The notes: generated by a model from the letters alone, not told the origin. Shown: positions 33,930 through 44,537, counted from the stretch's first letter. The stretch: 64,000 nt of DNA from an uncultured Gemmatimonadales bacterium (GCA_963851265.1 CAWKNZ010000001.1:32001-96000), one strand, 5' to 3'. Numbers and translations: made by a program.

Positions 33930-36131
33930 ATGATGAAACTCTCTGTCGAGGGAACGTCGCTCGACCGTGTCGAGGGTGCGGCCAAGGTCACGGGACGGGC
34001 GCACTACACGGCGGACCTGACGCCGCCCGGGCTCGCCCACGCGGTCGCAGTGCAGAGCCCGGTCGCGCACGGCCGAATCGCCGAGATCGACACGGCCCCT
34101 GCCCTGCGCGCGCCGGGCGTGCTCGCCGTGATCACGCACCACGACGCGCCGCGCCTGTCGCCGTCCATCGTCGCCATGGACACCACCGGCGAGCGCGGCG
34201 GTGCCGGCACGCAGCACCTCCCACTGCAGGACGACGTCATCCACCACTGGGGGCAGCACGTGGCCGTGGTCGTGGCGGAGTCGTTCGAGCAGGCCCGCCA
34301 CGCCGCCGCGCTCGTGCGCGCGCGCTACGACGCCGAACGACCGGTGCTCGACATGGACGGGCCCGATGCGGCCCCGTTCACACCCACCAAGGTGTGGGGC
34401 GCCGCACCCGAGACGAAGCACGGCGACGTCGCCGCCGGGCTCGCCGCCGCCGACGTGCGCGTCGACGCGACGTACGTCACGCAGGTGCAGCACCACAACT
34501 CGATGGAGTTGCACTCGACGGTGGCGGCGTGGGACGGCGACGCCCTCACGCTCTACGAACCGTCGACGTGGGTGTACGGCGTGCGGAAGACGGTGGCCGG
34601 GTGGTTCGGACTGTTCGAGCACCAGGTGCGCGTGGTCCAACACCACATCGGAGGGTCGTTCGGGCACAAGGGGCCGACGTGGCCGCACGTCGCACTCGCG
34701 GTCATGGCGGCGCGTCGCGTGGGCCGCCCGGTGCGCCTCACGCTCACGCGCCCGCAGGAGTTCACCTCGGTCGGCTACCGCCCGCGCATCCGCCACCGCG
34801 TCCGGCTCGGCGCCACGCGCGACGGACGGCTCACCGCGCTGTCGCACGAGGCCCTCGCGCAGACCGCCCCGTTCGACACGCGCGTCGTCGCGCCGGTCAC
34901 GGCCACCACGCGCAAGCTCTACGCGTGCGACAACGTCGAGACCTCCTACCGCCTCGTCCACCTCAACCGCAACGGGCCGTTCACGATGCGCGGGCCCGGC
35001 GAGACGCCGGGGCTGTTCGCCGTCGAGAGCGCGATGGACGAGCTGGCCTGCGCGTTAGGCATCGACCCGCTCGAGCTGCGCCTCCGCAACCACGCCGACG
35101 CCGACCCCGAGTCGGGCCGCCCGTGGTCGAGCAAGCGGCTGCGCGCGTGCTACGCCGAGGCCGCCGCGCGCTTCGGGTGGGCCGCGCGCGACCCGCGACC
35201 GCGGTCGATGCGCGCGCGCGACGGCGGCGCGCGCGTCGGCTGGGGGATGGCCACCGCGGCCTACCACGCCAAGGCCGAGAAGACCGCGGCCCGCGCGCGC
35301 CTCGCGCCCGACGGCGCGGGCGGTCACCTCGTCACGGTCGAGAGCGCGACCGCGGACCCGGGCACCGGCGCCCGCACCGTGATGACGCAGGTCGCCGCCG
35401 ACGCGCTCGGCGTCCCGCCCGAGCGCGTGCGCTTCCACCTCGGCGACACGCACCTGCCCGAGGCGCCCATAGCGGCGGGCTCGCAGACGACCGCGAGCGT
35501 GGGCCCCGCGGTGCGCGCCGCGTGCCTCGCGCTCCGCGACAAGCTCCGCGCGCTCGCCGCGGCGCAGGGCCACCCGTTAGGCGACGGCGGCGACGCGCTC
35601 GCCGGCTACGCCGCGGCGCTCGCCCGCGCCGGCCTCGACGCCGTCGACGCCGACGCCGCGGTGGCCCCGCCCGAGGCGGCCACCGCGGAGTACACGCGCT
35701 ACTCGTTCGGCGCGCACTTCTGCGAGGTGCTCGTCGCGCCCGCGACGGGCGCGGTACGCGTCGCCCGCCACGTCGCGGCGTTCGACGTCGGACGCGTGCT
35801 CAACCCGCGGACCACCGTCAGCCAGCTCCGGGGCGGGCTGATCTGGGGGATCGGGCAGGCGCTCACCGAAGGCACGCACTACGACCCGCACACGGGCAAG
35901 GTGGTCAACGACAACCTCGCCGACTACCACGTGCCCGTGAACGCCGACGTCCCCGACCTCGACGCGTTCTTCGTCGACGCGGACGACCCGCGCGAGCTCA
36001 ACCCGTTAGGCACCAAGGCCGTGGGCGAGATCGCGACCGTCGGCGCGGCCGCGGCCGTCGCCAACGCGGTCTACCACGCCACCGGCGTGCGCGTGCGCGA
36101 CCTGCCCATCACGCCCGACCGCCTGCTCTGA
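33930..36131 (+). CDS. Third xanthine dehydrogenase-family molybdopterin-binding subunit (stand-alone)
   Basis: 'KVTGRAHY', 'GGSFGHKG', 'MRGPGE', 'KAVGEI', 'ANAVYHATG'. Confidence 0.9.
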   Translation: MMKLSVEGTSLDRVEGAAKVTGRAHYTADLTPPGLAHAVAVQSPVAHGRIAEIDTAPALRAPGVLAVITHHDAPRLSPSIVAMDTTGERGGAGTQHLPLQDDVIHHWGQHVAVVVAESFEQARHAAALVRARYDAERPVLDMDGPDAAPFTPTKVWGAAPETKHGDVAAGLAAADVRVDATYVTQVQHHNSMELHSTVAAWDGDALTLYEPSTWVYGVRKTVAGWFGLFEHQVRVVQHHIGGSFGHKGPTWPHVALAVMAARRVGRPVRLTLTRPQEFTSVGYRPRIRHRVRLGATRDGRLTALSHEALAQTAPFDTRVVAPVTATTRKLYACDNVETSYRLVHLNRNGPFTMRGPGETPGLFAVESAMDELACALGIDPLELRLRNHADADPESGRPWSSKRLRACYAEAAARFGWAARDPRPRSMRARDGGARVGWGMATAAYHAKAEKTAARARLAPDGAGGHLVTVESATADPGTGARTVMTQVAADALGVPPERVRFHLGDTHLPEAPIAAGSQTTASVGPAVRAACLALRDKLRALAAAQGHPLGDGGDALAGYAAALARAGLDAVDADAAVAPPEAATAEYTRYSFGAHFCEVLVAPATGAVRVARHVAAFDVGRVLNPRTTVSQLRGGLIWGIGQALTEGTHYDPHTGKVVNDNLADYHVPVNADVPDLDAFFVDADDPRELNPLGTKAVGEIATVGAAAAVANAVYHATGVRVRDLPITPDRLL

Positions 36132-36150
36132 ACGGCTCCTCCGAACGGCG

Positions 36151-37899
36151 TCAGCCACCCTCCCCCGCGAGCGCGCGCACCGCGGCGAGCGTGTCGGCCT
36201 CCGCGGCCGGCTTGTCGTCGCGCACGCGCAGGATGCGCGGGAAGCGCAGCGCGTAGCCGGCCTTGTGCCGCGCGCTCTTCTGCACGACGTCGAACGTGAC
36301 CTCCAGCACCACCTCCGGCCGCACCTGCTGGAAGCGCCCGAACTTCTGCACCGTCAGCGCCTGCAGCCGCTCGGTGAGCGCGGCGACCTCGACGTCCGTG
36401 AGGCCGTTGTACGCCTTGCCCACGGTGAGCAGCGCGGGGTCGTCCTCCGACGCGCGCACGGCGAAGGTGTAGTCCGAGAGATACTTGGCGCGCCGCCCGT
36501 GCCCCCACTCCGCGCCGACGATCACCACGTCGAGCGTGGCGAGCGCCTTCTTCAGCTTGATCCACAGCTTGCCGCGGCGCCCGGGCGTGTAGGGCGAGTC
36601 GAGCGCCTTCGCGATGATCCCCTCGTTGCCCGCCGCGCGCGCCGCCGCGAACGCGGCCTCCACCGCCTCGGCCGTCGACGCCAGCTCGTGCGGCGTGAGG
36701 CGCGCGTACGGCTCGCCGCCGGCCGCCTCCGGCCAGGCGAGCGTGGCGAGGCGCGCCCGGCGCGCGGTGTACGGCTCGTCGATCACCAGCGCGCCGTCCC
36801 AGGCGAGCGCGTCGTAGGCGACGAACTGCACCGGCACCTCCGCGCGCAGCGCCGCGTCGGGCGCCTTGCGCCCCAGCCGCCGCTGCATCGCCGTGAACGG
36901 CAGCGCGCGCCGCGGGTCGGCGGGGTCGTAGGCGAGCAGCTCGCCGTCGAGGATCACCCCGTCGCCCGCGGTCTCGCCCAACGACGCGAGCGCGCCCGCC
37001 ACCTCGGGGTACCCGTGCGTGATCTCGTCGAGGGTGCGCGAGTACAGCGCGACGCGCACGGCGCCGTCCGCGCCACGCCCCACGTGCGCCTGCGCGCGGA
37101 TGCCGTCGTACTTGTCCTCCACGGCGAACGGCGCCGGCAGCGCGGCCGCGATCTCCTCCGCCGTGTCGAGCGGCTGCGCGAGCATGAACCCCATCGGGTG
37201 AAAGAGCGCGAGCCGCGCGTCGCCCAGCCGCCCGCCCCGCGCGAGCACCGCGACCTCGCCCACGTCGCCGCGCAGCAGGTTGGCGTGGCGCACCGCGCCT
37301 AACGTCGCGCCGAACGCCTTCGCGAGCGCCTCCTCCACCTGCGCCTCCTTCAGGCCGATGCGCAGCTCGCCGCCGCCCAGCAGCAGCTTCGCCGCGTACT
37401 GCGCCTCCGCCGGGCCCAGCGCGGCGAGCAGCGCGCGCACGCGGTCGCGCTTGGCGTGCGCCCCCCGCGTGGCGGCCAGCGCGTCGAACTCGGCCGCCAC
37501 GTCGCCGAGCGACCACCCGCTCGCCGGCGGCGGCGGATCGCGCTCCTCGAGCAGCAGGCGGGCCACGTCGCCGAGGTCGCCCACCGCGACCACGCGCGCG
37601 TGCAGCGCCTCGCGCGTGGCGCCGGTGACGGTCGAGATCGCGTCGCTCACCGCCGCGCCACCCACGCTCGTGGTGCGCTGGTCGTGGCGCGGGAACGGCA
37701 GCCCCGAGAAGAACCGCGCGGCGACCGCGAGCGCGCCGTCGTCGAGCGTCGGGAAGTAGGCCTCCAGCGCGGCGCCCTTTTCGAGGCGCTTGGTCGTGGC
37801 GCGCACCGCGTCGGCCGTGTCGCACCAGCGCTGGAAGGCGTCGGCCCGCAGCGCGTCGGCGGCAGGCGTGGGGGAACTCGGCGTGTCGGTCACGCCCAC
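36151..37899 (-). CDS. ATP-dependent DNA ligase
   Basis: 'EDKYDGIRAQ', 'LDGE', 'EGIIAK', 'WIKLK', 'LRFPR'. Confidence 0.92.
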   Translation of the reverse strand: MGVTDTPSSPTPAADALRADAFQRWCDTADAVRATTKRLEKGAALEAYFPTLDDGALAVAARFFSGLPFPRHDQRTTSVGGAAVSDAISTVTGATREALHARVVAVGDLGDVARLLLEERDPPPPASGWSLGDVAAEFDALAATRGAHAKRDRVRALLAALGPAEAQYAAKLLLGGGELRIGLKEAQVEEALAKAFGATLGAVRHANLLRGDVGEVAVLARGGRLGDARLALFHPMGFMLAQPLDTAEEIAAALPAPFAVEDKYDGIRAQAHVGRGADGAVRVALYSRTLDEITHGYPEVAGALASLGETAGDGVILDGELLAYDPADPRRALPFTAMQRRLGRKAPDAALRAEVPVQFVAYDALAWDGALVIDEPYTARRARLATLAWPEAAGGEPYARLTPHELASTAEAVEAAFAAARAAGNEGIIAKALDSPYTPGRRGKLWIKLKKALATLDVVIVGAEWGHGRRAKYLSDYTFAVRASEDDPALLTVGKAYNGLTDVEVAALTERLQALTVQKFGRFQQVRPEVVLEVTFDVVQKSARHKAGYALRFPRILRVRDDKPAAEADTLAAVRALAGEGG

Positions 37900-37902
37900 G
37901 CC

Positions 37903-40021
37903 TCAAGGCACGTCGTGCACCACGCCGCCCACGGGTTCGACGGGCTGTGCGCCGGCGCGGTACCAGTACCCCACGCCGAGCAGGAACCCGCCCACCAGCA
38001 GGTAGCTCCCCACGCGCAACGCGACCGAGTCGAGCTGTGACACCTCCACGATCGCCTTGAGCGCGGCGTAGAGCGCGAGGGCGAGCCCGGCCTGCCGCGC
38101 CGCGGCCACCCGCCGCGCGCGCCCGACGGCGAGCGCGCCCACGCCGGCCACGGCGAAGTACCCGACCAGCAGAAACGTCGCTACGTCGGGCGCGAACGCG
38201 TGCGCGAGCTCCTCGCGCCCCCAGAGCAGCGCCACCGCGGCCGCGACCGCGACGACGGCGGCGCGCTCGGTGCGCGGCAGCAGGTCGTCGCCCGCGTGCC
38301 AGACGGCGCCCGCGCACACCGCCCACCCCCCGACGACCACGGCCACCGCGGCCGACGGGCCCGTCAGGAACGGCACGTAGCCGAACGCGGGGCGCGCGGC
38401 CAGCTGCACCGCACCCCACACCGCCGCCGCGGCCAGCACGCCCAGCGGTGCCGCGAGCGCGAGCAGCGGGCGACCGTCGCGACCGCCGCCCCTGCCGGGC
38501 GCGCGGGCGAACACCGCCGCGGCGAGCGCGCCGTGCGCCCCGAGCAGCGCGAGACGCGGCACGTCGTACGCCCGCGTCCAGTCGACCAGGGCGATCGCGC
38601 TCGCGAACCCCGCCGCCGCGAGTTGCGGGCCGAGGCGCGGGTCCGCACCCGCGCGCGCCTCCCCCGCCGTGCGCCGCGTGCCGCGCCACACGGCCGCGAC
38701 CCCCGCCGCCGACAGCGCGCTCCACAGCGCGGCCACGCCGGCCGCCATCGGCGTGCCCGCGCGGCCGAGCGCCACGAGCGCGGCGCCGAGCGTCGCGAGC
38801 GGCAGCGCGAGCCCGGCGAGCGCGAACTCGGCGGCGGTCACCGCGGCGGGGAGGGCCGCGCCGAGTACCGCGGTGATCAGCTGCGTTCCCGCCATCGCCG
38901 CGAGCGCATACCCGACGAGCGACGGCGTCGACCGCACGCTCGCCCCGGCCGCGGCCCACAGCACCACGGCCGCGGTCGACAGCTCGGCCAGCGCCAGCCG
39001 CGCCAGCAGCGCGCTGGTCGCGTCGCCGCGGGCCGACGGACCAGCGCCGCCCCGCACGCGCCGGAACAGAATGGCGAGCGGCCCGGCCGCGCAGGCGAGC
39101 GTGAACGCGGACGCCACCTCGTGGTCGTGAAGGAGGTCCCCGAGCAACAGACCGCTCGGCGCGCCCGCCGCGGTGCGGGCGCTCACACCCGGGTCGAGCT
39201 GCGCGAACGCGTACATCGCCGTGCCCGCGCCCAACAGGCGCGCGGCGCCGCGCCACGGGCGGCGCGCGTCCGTGCCGCGCACGAGCGCCGCGAGCCCGGC
39301 GGTGAGCACGAGCCAGCCGTACACGGGGCGCACGAGCGGGTGCACGTCGGCCACGCCACTCACGAACGGCGCGAGCAACGCGCCACCCACGCCGACCACG
39401 AACAGCGACTGCTGCCGCGTGCGCCAGGCGAGCGCCGTGAGCGCGCCCGACGCGGCCGCCGCGACCGCGAGTGCCCACTCCGCATTCACCACGTGCAGGT
39501 ACGGGCCCGCGGCCCACGCGTCCACGTGCACCACGGCGAGCGCGAGGGCGAGCAGCACCTCGCCGAACCGCTGCGCGCCGTCGCGGTGCCGCAACCGTTC
39601 GCCGAGCGCGGCGAGGGCCGCGGCCCCCAGCGCGCCGAGGGCCACGCGGGCCGCCGGGGCGAGCGTGAAGTTCTCGACCGCCCACGTGAGAAACGCGCCG
39701 ACGCCCATCAGCAGGACGAGTGCGCCCACCGCCACCGCCGCGTAGCGCCCGACGAGCGTCTCGAGTCCGGCGCGGTCGGCGGGAAACTCGGGAACGCCCA
39801 GCCCGGTCACCCAGTCGCGGGCGGCGAGGCGAAGCCGGGCGGCCGGGAGGCGGGCCGCCCGAGGAGCGCGGGGCTTGAAGGGCATCCGTCGTTTCCGATT
39901 CCGCGGCCGGTGTCGCGCCGCCACGGGCCGCGCGCAGCTCGGCGACCTCCTGGCGCAGGACCGCCACCTCACGTTCGAGCGCCGCGAGGCGGGCGTCGGG
40001 ATCGGGACGTGGCGCGGTCAC
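37903..40021 (-). CDS. DUF2339-like polytopic membrane protein, apparent frameshift near 39820
   Basis: N-terminal coiled coil 'RLAALEREVAVLRQEV' is in one frame. 'LETLVGRY...LLMGVGAFL' and the many TM helices ending 'SYLLVGGFLLGVGYWY' are in another. Confidence 0.7.
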
Positions 40022-40081
40022 GCCGGAACATGGCGCCGGGCGCGCGGCACGCGCCAGAACGGCCGCGGCCCCCGGATCAGC

Positions 40082-41221
40082 TCACAGCTCCAACCCGAAC
40101 TGCGGCGTGTCGTCCGACCGGTCCGCCTCGGGCGCGAGCGCGGGCGTCGGCTTGCGTGCCGACTTGCGTGCCGCCGGGCGCGGCGCCGGGCGCGGCGCGT
40201 TCGCCGCGCTCGGCGCCCGCGCCGGGGCGCCCCCATCCTCGTCGGGCGTGCCCGCGCTTTGCGGGTGCTCCGCGAGCTGCTCCGCGTCGATGCCACGCGC
40301 GCGCAGCTCCGCAGCGAACGACGCGGGCCCGTGCACCGTCCACACCTTGCGCGCGCCGCTCTCGACCGCGGTCCGCACGAGTTCGTCGAAGTCGGCGTGG
40401 TCCGAGAGGGGAAGGACGAGGTCGCAGTCGCGATACATGTTGTGCGCCCCGGGGTGCAGCGCCCACCCGGTGAGATGACACACTCGCTTCCGCTCCAGCC
40501 CCTGCACCATCGCCGTCTTACGCGTTCCCGGCGTCGTGAGGAGCACGCGCCGCCCCACCTTGCCGCGCTCGTACCGCCCCCACGCGCCGGGACCGGGAAA
40601 GTCGTGCCCCAGCCGCACGTGCAGGTCGCACAGGTTGGCGATCGCGCCGTGCAGCACCACGTCGTACCCGTGGCGCGTCAGGTGCCAGAGCACCTCCTGC
40701 CCCTTGCCTAACGCATAGGCGAGCAGCACGGGCGTCGCCCCGTCCGCCAGCGCGTCGTCGACGAACGCGAACAGCCGGTCGAGCAGCTCGGCCTCGGCGG
40801 GAAACCGGTAGCGCGGATCGCCGAACGTGCACTCCATCACCAGCTCGTCCACGCGCGGAATTGTCACCGCGGGCGAGAAGGGGTTGGGCCGCAGCTTGTA
40901 GTCGCCCGTGTAGGCGAGGCGCCCCTCCGCCGACTCCGCGACCAGCATCGCGGAGCCGAGCGCGTGCCCGGCCGGGATGAGCGTGACGGCGGCGTCGGCG
41001 AACCGGGCGGTCTCGCCGAAGCGGAGCGTGACCGCATCGCGCGCGCCTCGACGGGCGTCGTGCAGGGCAGCCGTCTCGGCGGTGCAGAGGATGCGGGCCG
41101 CGCGCGAGCAGTGGTCGCTGTGGGCGTGCGAGACGAAGACGGTGCCCGGTGCGTCGCGCGCGTCGAGGTGAAGGTCGGACGGTGGGGAGTAGAGGCCCGA
41201 CGGGGTGAGGCGGAGCAGCAT
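40082..41221 (-). CDS. Ligase-associated metallo-beta-lactamase/beta-CASP nuclease
   Basis: 'SHAHSDH', 'AGHALGSA', 'YTGDYK', 'MECTFG', 'YALGKGQE', 'SDHADF', 'VHG'. Confidence 0.88.
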   Translation of the reverse strand: MLLRLTPSGLYSPPSDLHLDARDAPGTVFVSHAHSDHCSRAARILCTAETAALHDARRGARDAVTLRFGETARFADAAVTLIPAGHALGSAMLVAESAEGRLAYTGDYKLRPNPFSPAVTIPRVDELVMECTFGDPRYRFPAEAELLDRLFAFVDDALADGATPVLLAYALGKGQEVLWHLTRHGYDVVLHGAIANLCDLHVRLGHDFPGPGAWGRYERGKVGRRVLLTTPGTRKTAMVQGLERKRVCHLTGWALHPGAHNMYRDCDLVLPLSDHADFDELVRTAVESGARKVWTVHGPASFAAELRARGIDAEQLAEHPQSAGTPDEDGGAPARAPSAANAPRPAPRPAARKSARKPTPALAPEADRSDDTPQFGLEL

Positions 41222-41240
41222 CGTGTCTACTATACCCCCG
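41222..41240. promoter_or_regulatory. Overlapping bidirectional -10 elements for two divergent, probably leaderless genes
   Basis: TACTAT (+, 41228-41233) and TATAGT (-, 41234-41229), each exactly 7 nt before an ATG. Confidence 0.6.
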
Positions 41241-41681
41241 ATGTTCGCCGACACCCTCCTCCAGCTCGAACGCGCCCACCTCCTCCGCCTGCTCATCTGG
41301 GGCGCCGGGAGCACCCTTGCCGGCACACTCCTGCTCGCCCTGCAGGCGCTCCAACGTACCGCCGGCCCCACCCCCCTCCTCCGCCACTTCGGCATCCAGA
41401 CCGCCGCGTGGGGCCTCATCGACCTCGCCCTCGCGCTCTGGGCCCAGCGTGGCCTCGCCCTTCGCGATTATTCCGCCGCCCGCCAGCTCGATCGCGTGCT
41501 CTGGCTCAACCTCGGCCTCGACGCCGGCTACGTCGGCGTCGGCGTGACGCTCGCCCTCTGCGGATGGCTGTTCGGCCGCCGGTACGCCCCGGTCGGCGCG
41601 GGCATCGGGGTGGCAATCCAGGGAATCGCGCTGTTTCTGCTCGATTTACTGTTCGTCCGACAGTTGCAGGCGAGCGTGTAA
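41241..41681 (+). CDS. Small integral membrane protein, four predicted helices
   Basis: 'FGIQTAAWGLIDLALA', 'LWLNLGLDAGYVGVG', 'IQGIALFLLD'. Confidence 0.7.
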   Translation: MFADTLLQLERAHLLRLLIWGAGSTLAGTLLLALQALQRTAGPTPLLRHFGIQTAAWGLIDLALALWAQRGLALRDYSAARQLDRVLWLNLGLDAGYVGVGVTLALCGWLFGRRYAPVGAGIGVAIQGIALFLLDLLFVRQLQASV

Positions 41682-41732
41682 CACCCCTCCCGACCCGGCT
41701 CAGCCCCACCCTGCCCCACCCTGCCCCGCGCG

Positions 41733-44039
41733 ATGCCGCCGTCCGCTGATCGCCCCGTCGGCAACCCCGCGGTCGTGTCTGGTCACTCGGGACTGAGGGT
41801 CTACCGGGCGCTCCCCGCCGCCGCCGGGCTCGCCGCGCTCGCGATCGGCACGCTGGTGCTCGTCGGCTGGACCACCAGGCTGGTCGTCCTCACCCGCGGG
41901 CTTTGGGCGACCACCGCCACGATGCCCGACACCGCGGTCGCCATCGTGCTGCTCGGCGTGTCGCTCTGGCTCCTCCGCCCGCGCGACGGCCGCGCACCGG
42001 CCGCCGGCACGCCCGCCGTCGGCATCGGACGCCTGTGCGCCGCCACGGCCTGCGTGCTCGCGCTGCTCATGGGTTTCGAGTGGGTCTCCGGGCGCGACCT
42101 CGGCATCGATCGCCTGCTGTTCTCGAGCGCGTTGACCGACGCCGTGCGGAACGGCGTCAGCGCGACGCCCGGGCGCATGGCGGGCAACACCACGCTCGCC
42201 GTGTTCCTGCTCGGCGCCGCCCTCCTCCTGCTCGACGCGCCCGCCCTCGAGGGCCGCGGTGCGGGCGCGCGCCTCGGACGCATCGCGCGGTGGGCGTGCA
42301 ACGGACTCGGCATCCTGCTGCCGTACTTCGCGGTCGTCGGGTACCTGTTCGGAGTGCGGCGGCTGTACAACCCGTCCGGGTTGCTCGCCGGTATGGCCCT
42401 CACCACCGCGTGCGCACTCACCTGCGTGGCCGTCGGGACCTCGCTCGCGCGCCCCGCCCGGGGCGTCGCGCGGCTGCTCACCGGCGAGGACGCGGGCGCC
42501 CACCTGCTGCGGCGTTCGCTACCGGTGACCGCGTTCGTGCCGGTGCTGCTCGGCTGGCTGCGCATCCGTGGCGAGGAACTCGGCTTCTTCACACCGCGCG
42601 TGGGCGTGGCGGCTATCGTCCTCGCGTTCACGGTCGTGATGGTCACGACCCTCACCCGGGCGGGCGCCGCCGCGTACAAGCTCGCCGCCGACCGCGCCCG
42701 CATCCTCGGCGAACGCGAGGCGGCGCGCGAAGCCGCACGCGAGGCGCTGGAGCGCGGCGAGGCCGAGTTCCGGGAACTGGCCGACAACCTTCCGCAGCTC
42801 GCGTGGATGGCCGACGCCACCGGCTCGATCTTCTGGTACAACCGGCGCTGGTACGACTACACCGGAAGCACGCCTGACCAGATGCTCGGCTCGGGCTGGC
42901 GTGTGGTCCAGCACCCCGACCACCTCCAACGCGTCGAGAACGGCTACCGGACCGCCGTCGCGCGGGGCACGCCGTGGGAAGACACCTTCCCGCTGCGCTC
43001 GGCCGACGGCGAGTGGCGCTGGTTCCTCTCGCGCGCCAACCCGATGCAGGCGTCGAGCGGAGGGACGGTTCGCTGGTTCGGTACCAACACCGACGTCACC
43101 GCGCAACGCGCCCTCGAGGCCGAGCGCGAGCGCCTGCTCGCCGCCGAACGCCTCGCGCGCGCCGACGCGGAGCGCGCGAGCGCGGAAGCCGCTGCGGCGA
43201 GTCGCGCCAAGAGCCAGTTCCTGGCGACGATGAGCCACGAATTGCGCACCCCGCTCAACGCGATCTCGGGTCACGTGCAACTCGTCGAACTCGGCCTGCA
43301 CGGGCCCGTCACCCCCGAGCAGCGTGACGCGCTCAACCGCGCCCAGCGCGCCCAGCGCCACCTGCTCGGCCTCATCAACGACGTGCTCAACCTCGCGAAG
43401 ATCGAGGCCGGGCGCGCCGACTACCGCATGGACGAGGTCGTCGTCGCCGAGCTCGCCGCAGACGTCACGTCGCTCGTCGCCCCGCAGCTCGCGGCCAAGG
43501 GCGTCACCTTCGCCGTCGACGTGCCCGACGAGCACGCGGCCGTCGCGTGGGCCGACCGCGAGAAGACATCACAGGTGCTGCTCAACCTGTTGAGCAACGC
43601 GATCAAGTTCACCGACGCCGGCGGACACGTCACCCTCGAGGCGCGCGCCGAGGACGGCGGCGCCGGACCCGTCGTGGTCTTCCGCGTGCGCGACACCGGG
43701 CGCGGAATTCCGTTCGAAGACCGCGACCGCATCTTCGAGCCGTTCGTGCAGCTCGACGCCGGGTACGCGCGGCAGCAGGAGGGTACGGGACTCGGGCTCG
43801 CGATCAGTCGCGACCTCGCGCGCGGCATGGGCGGCGACCTCACGCTCGTGACGAGCAGTGAGGACCACGGGTCGGTGTTCGCGCTTACGCTCCCCCGCGT
43901 GCTGCCGTCTGGCCCCGACGCCGACCGCCGAACCGGCGAGGAGCGACGCGACGGTCAACGCCGCGAAACCGCCGACCGGCGCACCGGCGAGGAGCGGCGC
44001 GACGAGCTGCTGGACCCGAACATCACGTTCGACAACTGA
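41733..44039 (+). CDS. Membrane-bound PAS sensor histidine kinase with Arg-rich C-terminal tail
   Basis: About 8 TM helices, PAS 'WYNRRWYDYTG...WRWFLSRA', H-box 'MSHELRTPLN', G-boxes. Confidence 0.9.
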   Translation: MPPSADRPVGNPAVVSGHSGLRVYRALPAAAGLAALAIGTLVLVGWTTRLVVLTRGLWATTATMPDTAVAIVLLGVSLWLLRPRDGRAPAAGTPAVGIGRLCAATACVLALLMGFEWVSGRDLGIDRLLFSSALTDAVRNGVSATPGRMAGNTTLAVFLLGAALLLLDAPALEGRGAGARLGRIARWACNGLGILLPYFAVVGYLFGVRRLYNPSGLLAGMALTTACALTCVAVGTSLARPARGVARLLTGEDAGAHLLRRSLPVTAFVPVLLGWLRIRGEELGFFTPRVGVAAIVLAFTVVMVTTLTRAGAAAYKLAADRARILGEREAAREAAREALERGEAEFRELADNLPQLAWMADATGSIFWYNRRWYDYTGSTPDQMLGSGWRVVQHPDHLQRVENGYRTAVARGTPWEDTFPLRSADGEWRWFLSRANPMQASSGGTVRWFGTNTDVTAQRALEAERERLLAAERLARADAERASAEAAAASRAKSQFLATMSHELRTPLNAISGHVQLVELGLHGPVTPEQRDALNRAQRAQRHLLGLINDVLNLAKIEAGRADYRMDEVVVAELAADVTSLVAPQLAAKGVTFAVDVPDEHAAVAWADREKTSQVLLNLLSNAIKFTDAGGHVTLEARAEDGGAGPVVVFRVRDTGRGIPFEDRDRIFEPFVQLDAGYARQQEGTGLGLAISRDLARGMGGDLTLVTSSEDHGSVFALTLPRVLPSGPDADRRTGEERRDGQRRETADRRTGEERRDELLDPNITFDN

Positions 44040-44042
44040 CCC

Positions 44043-44537
44043 GTGGCCGAAACCACACTCGACCTGCGACACCTCCCCAAGCACGACGCCTACGCCCAGC
44101 TCGACGCGCATGTGCGCGCGGTGCTCGCCGGCGTCGACGACCCTATTGCCGGGATGGCGACCGTGAGCTGCCTCGTGCACCACGCCTTCGGCCACCTGTG
44201 GACCGGGTTCTACCGCGTCGTCGACCCCGGCCGGCTGCTGCGTGTGGGCCCGTACCAGGGCACGCTCGGCTGCCTCGACATCGCGTTCGGCCGCGGCGTG
44301 TGCGGCACCGCGGCGGCCGACGGGCGGACGGTGGTGGTCGAGGACGTCGAAGCGTTTCCGGGCCACATCGCATGCGACGCGCGGTCGCGCAGCGAGATCG
44401 TGGTGCCGGTGTGGGACCGCGACGGCGCGCTCCTGGCCGTGCTGGACGTGGACAGTGAGCGCGTGGGCGCGTTCGACGCCGACGACGCCGCGGGGCTGGC
44501 GCGGATCGTCGCACGCTTCGCCGAACCGCCGGCGTAA
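44043..44537 (+). CDS. msrC: GAF-domain protein, free methionine-R-sulfoxide reductase-like
   Basis: 'WTGFY', 'GPYQG..GC', 'GRGVCG', 'GHIACD..SRSEIVVP', 'LDVDS'. Confidence 0.8.
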   Translation: MAETTLDLRHLPKHDAYAQLDAHVRAVLAGVDDPIAGMATVSCLVHHAFGHLWTGFYRVVDPGRLLRVGPYQGTLGCLDIAFGRGVCGTAAADGRTVVVEDVEAFPGHIACDARSRSEIVVPVWDRDGALLAVLDVDSERVGAFDADDAAGLARIVARFAEPPA

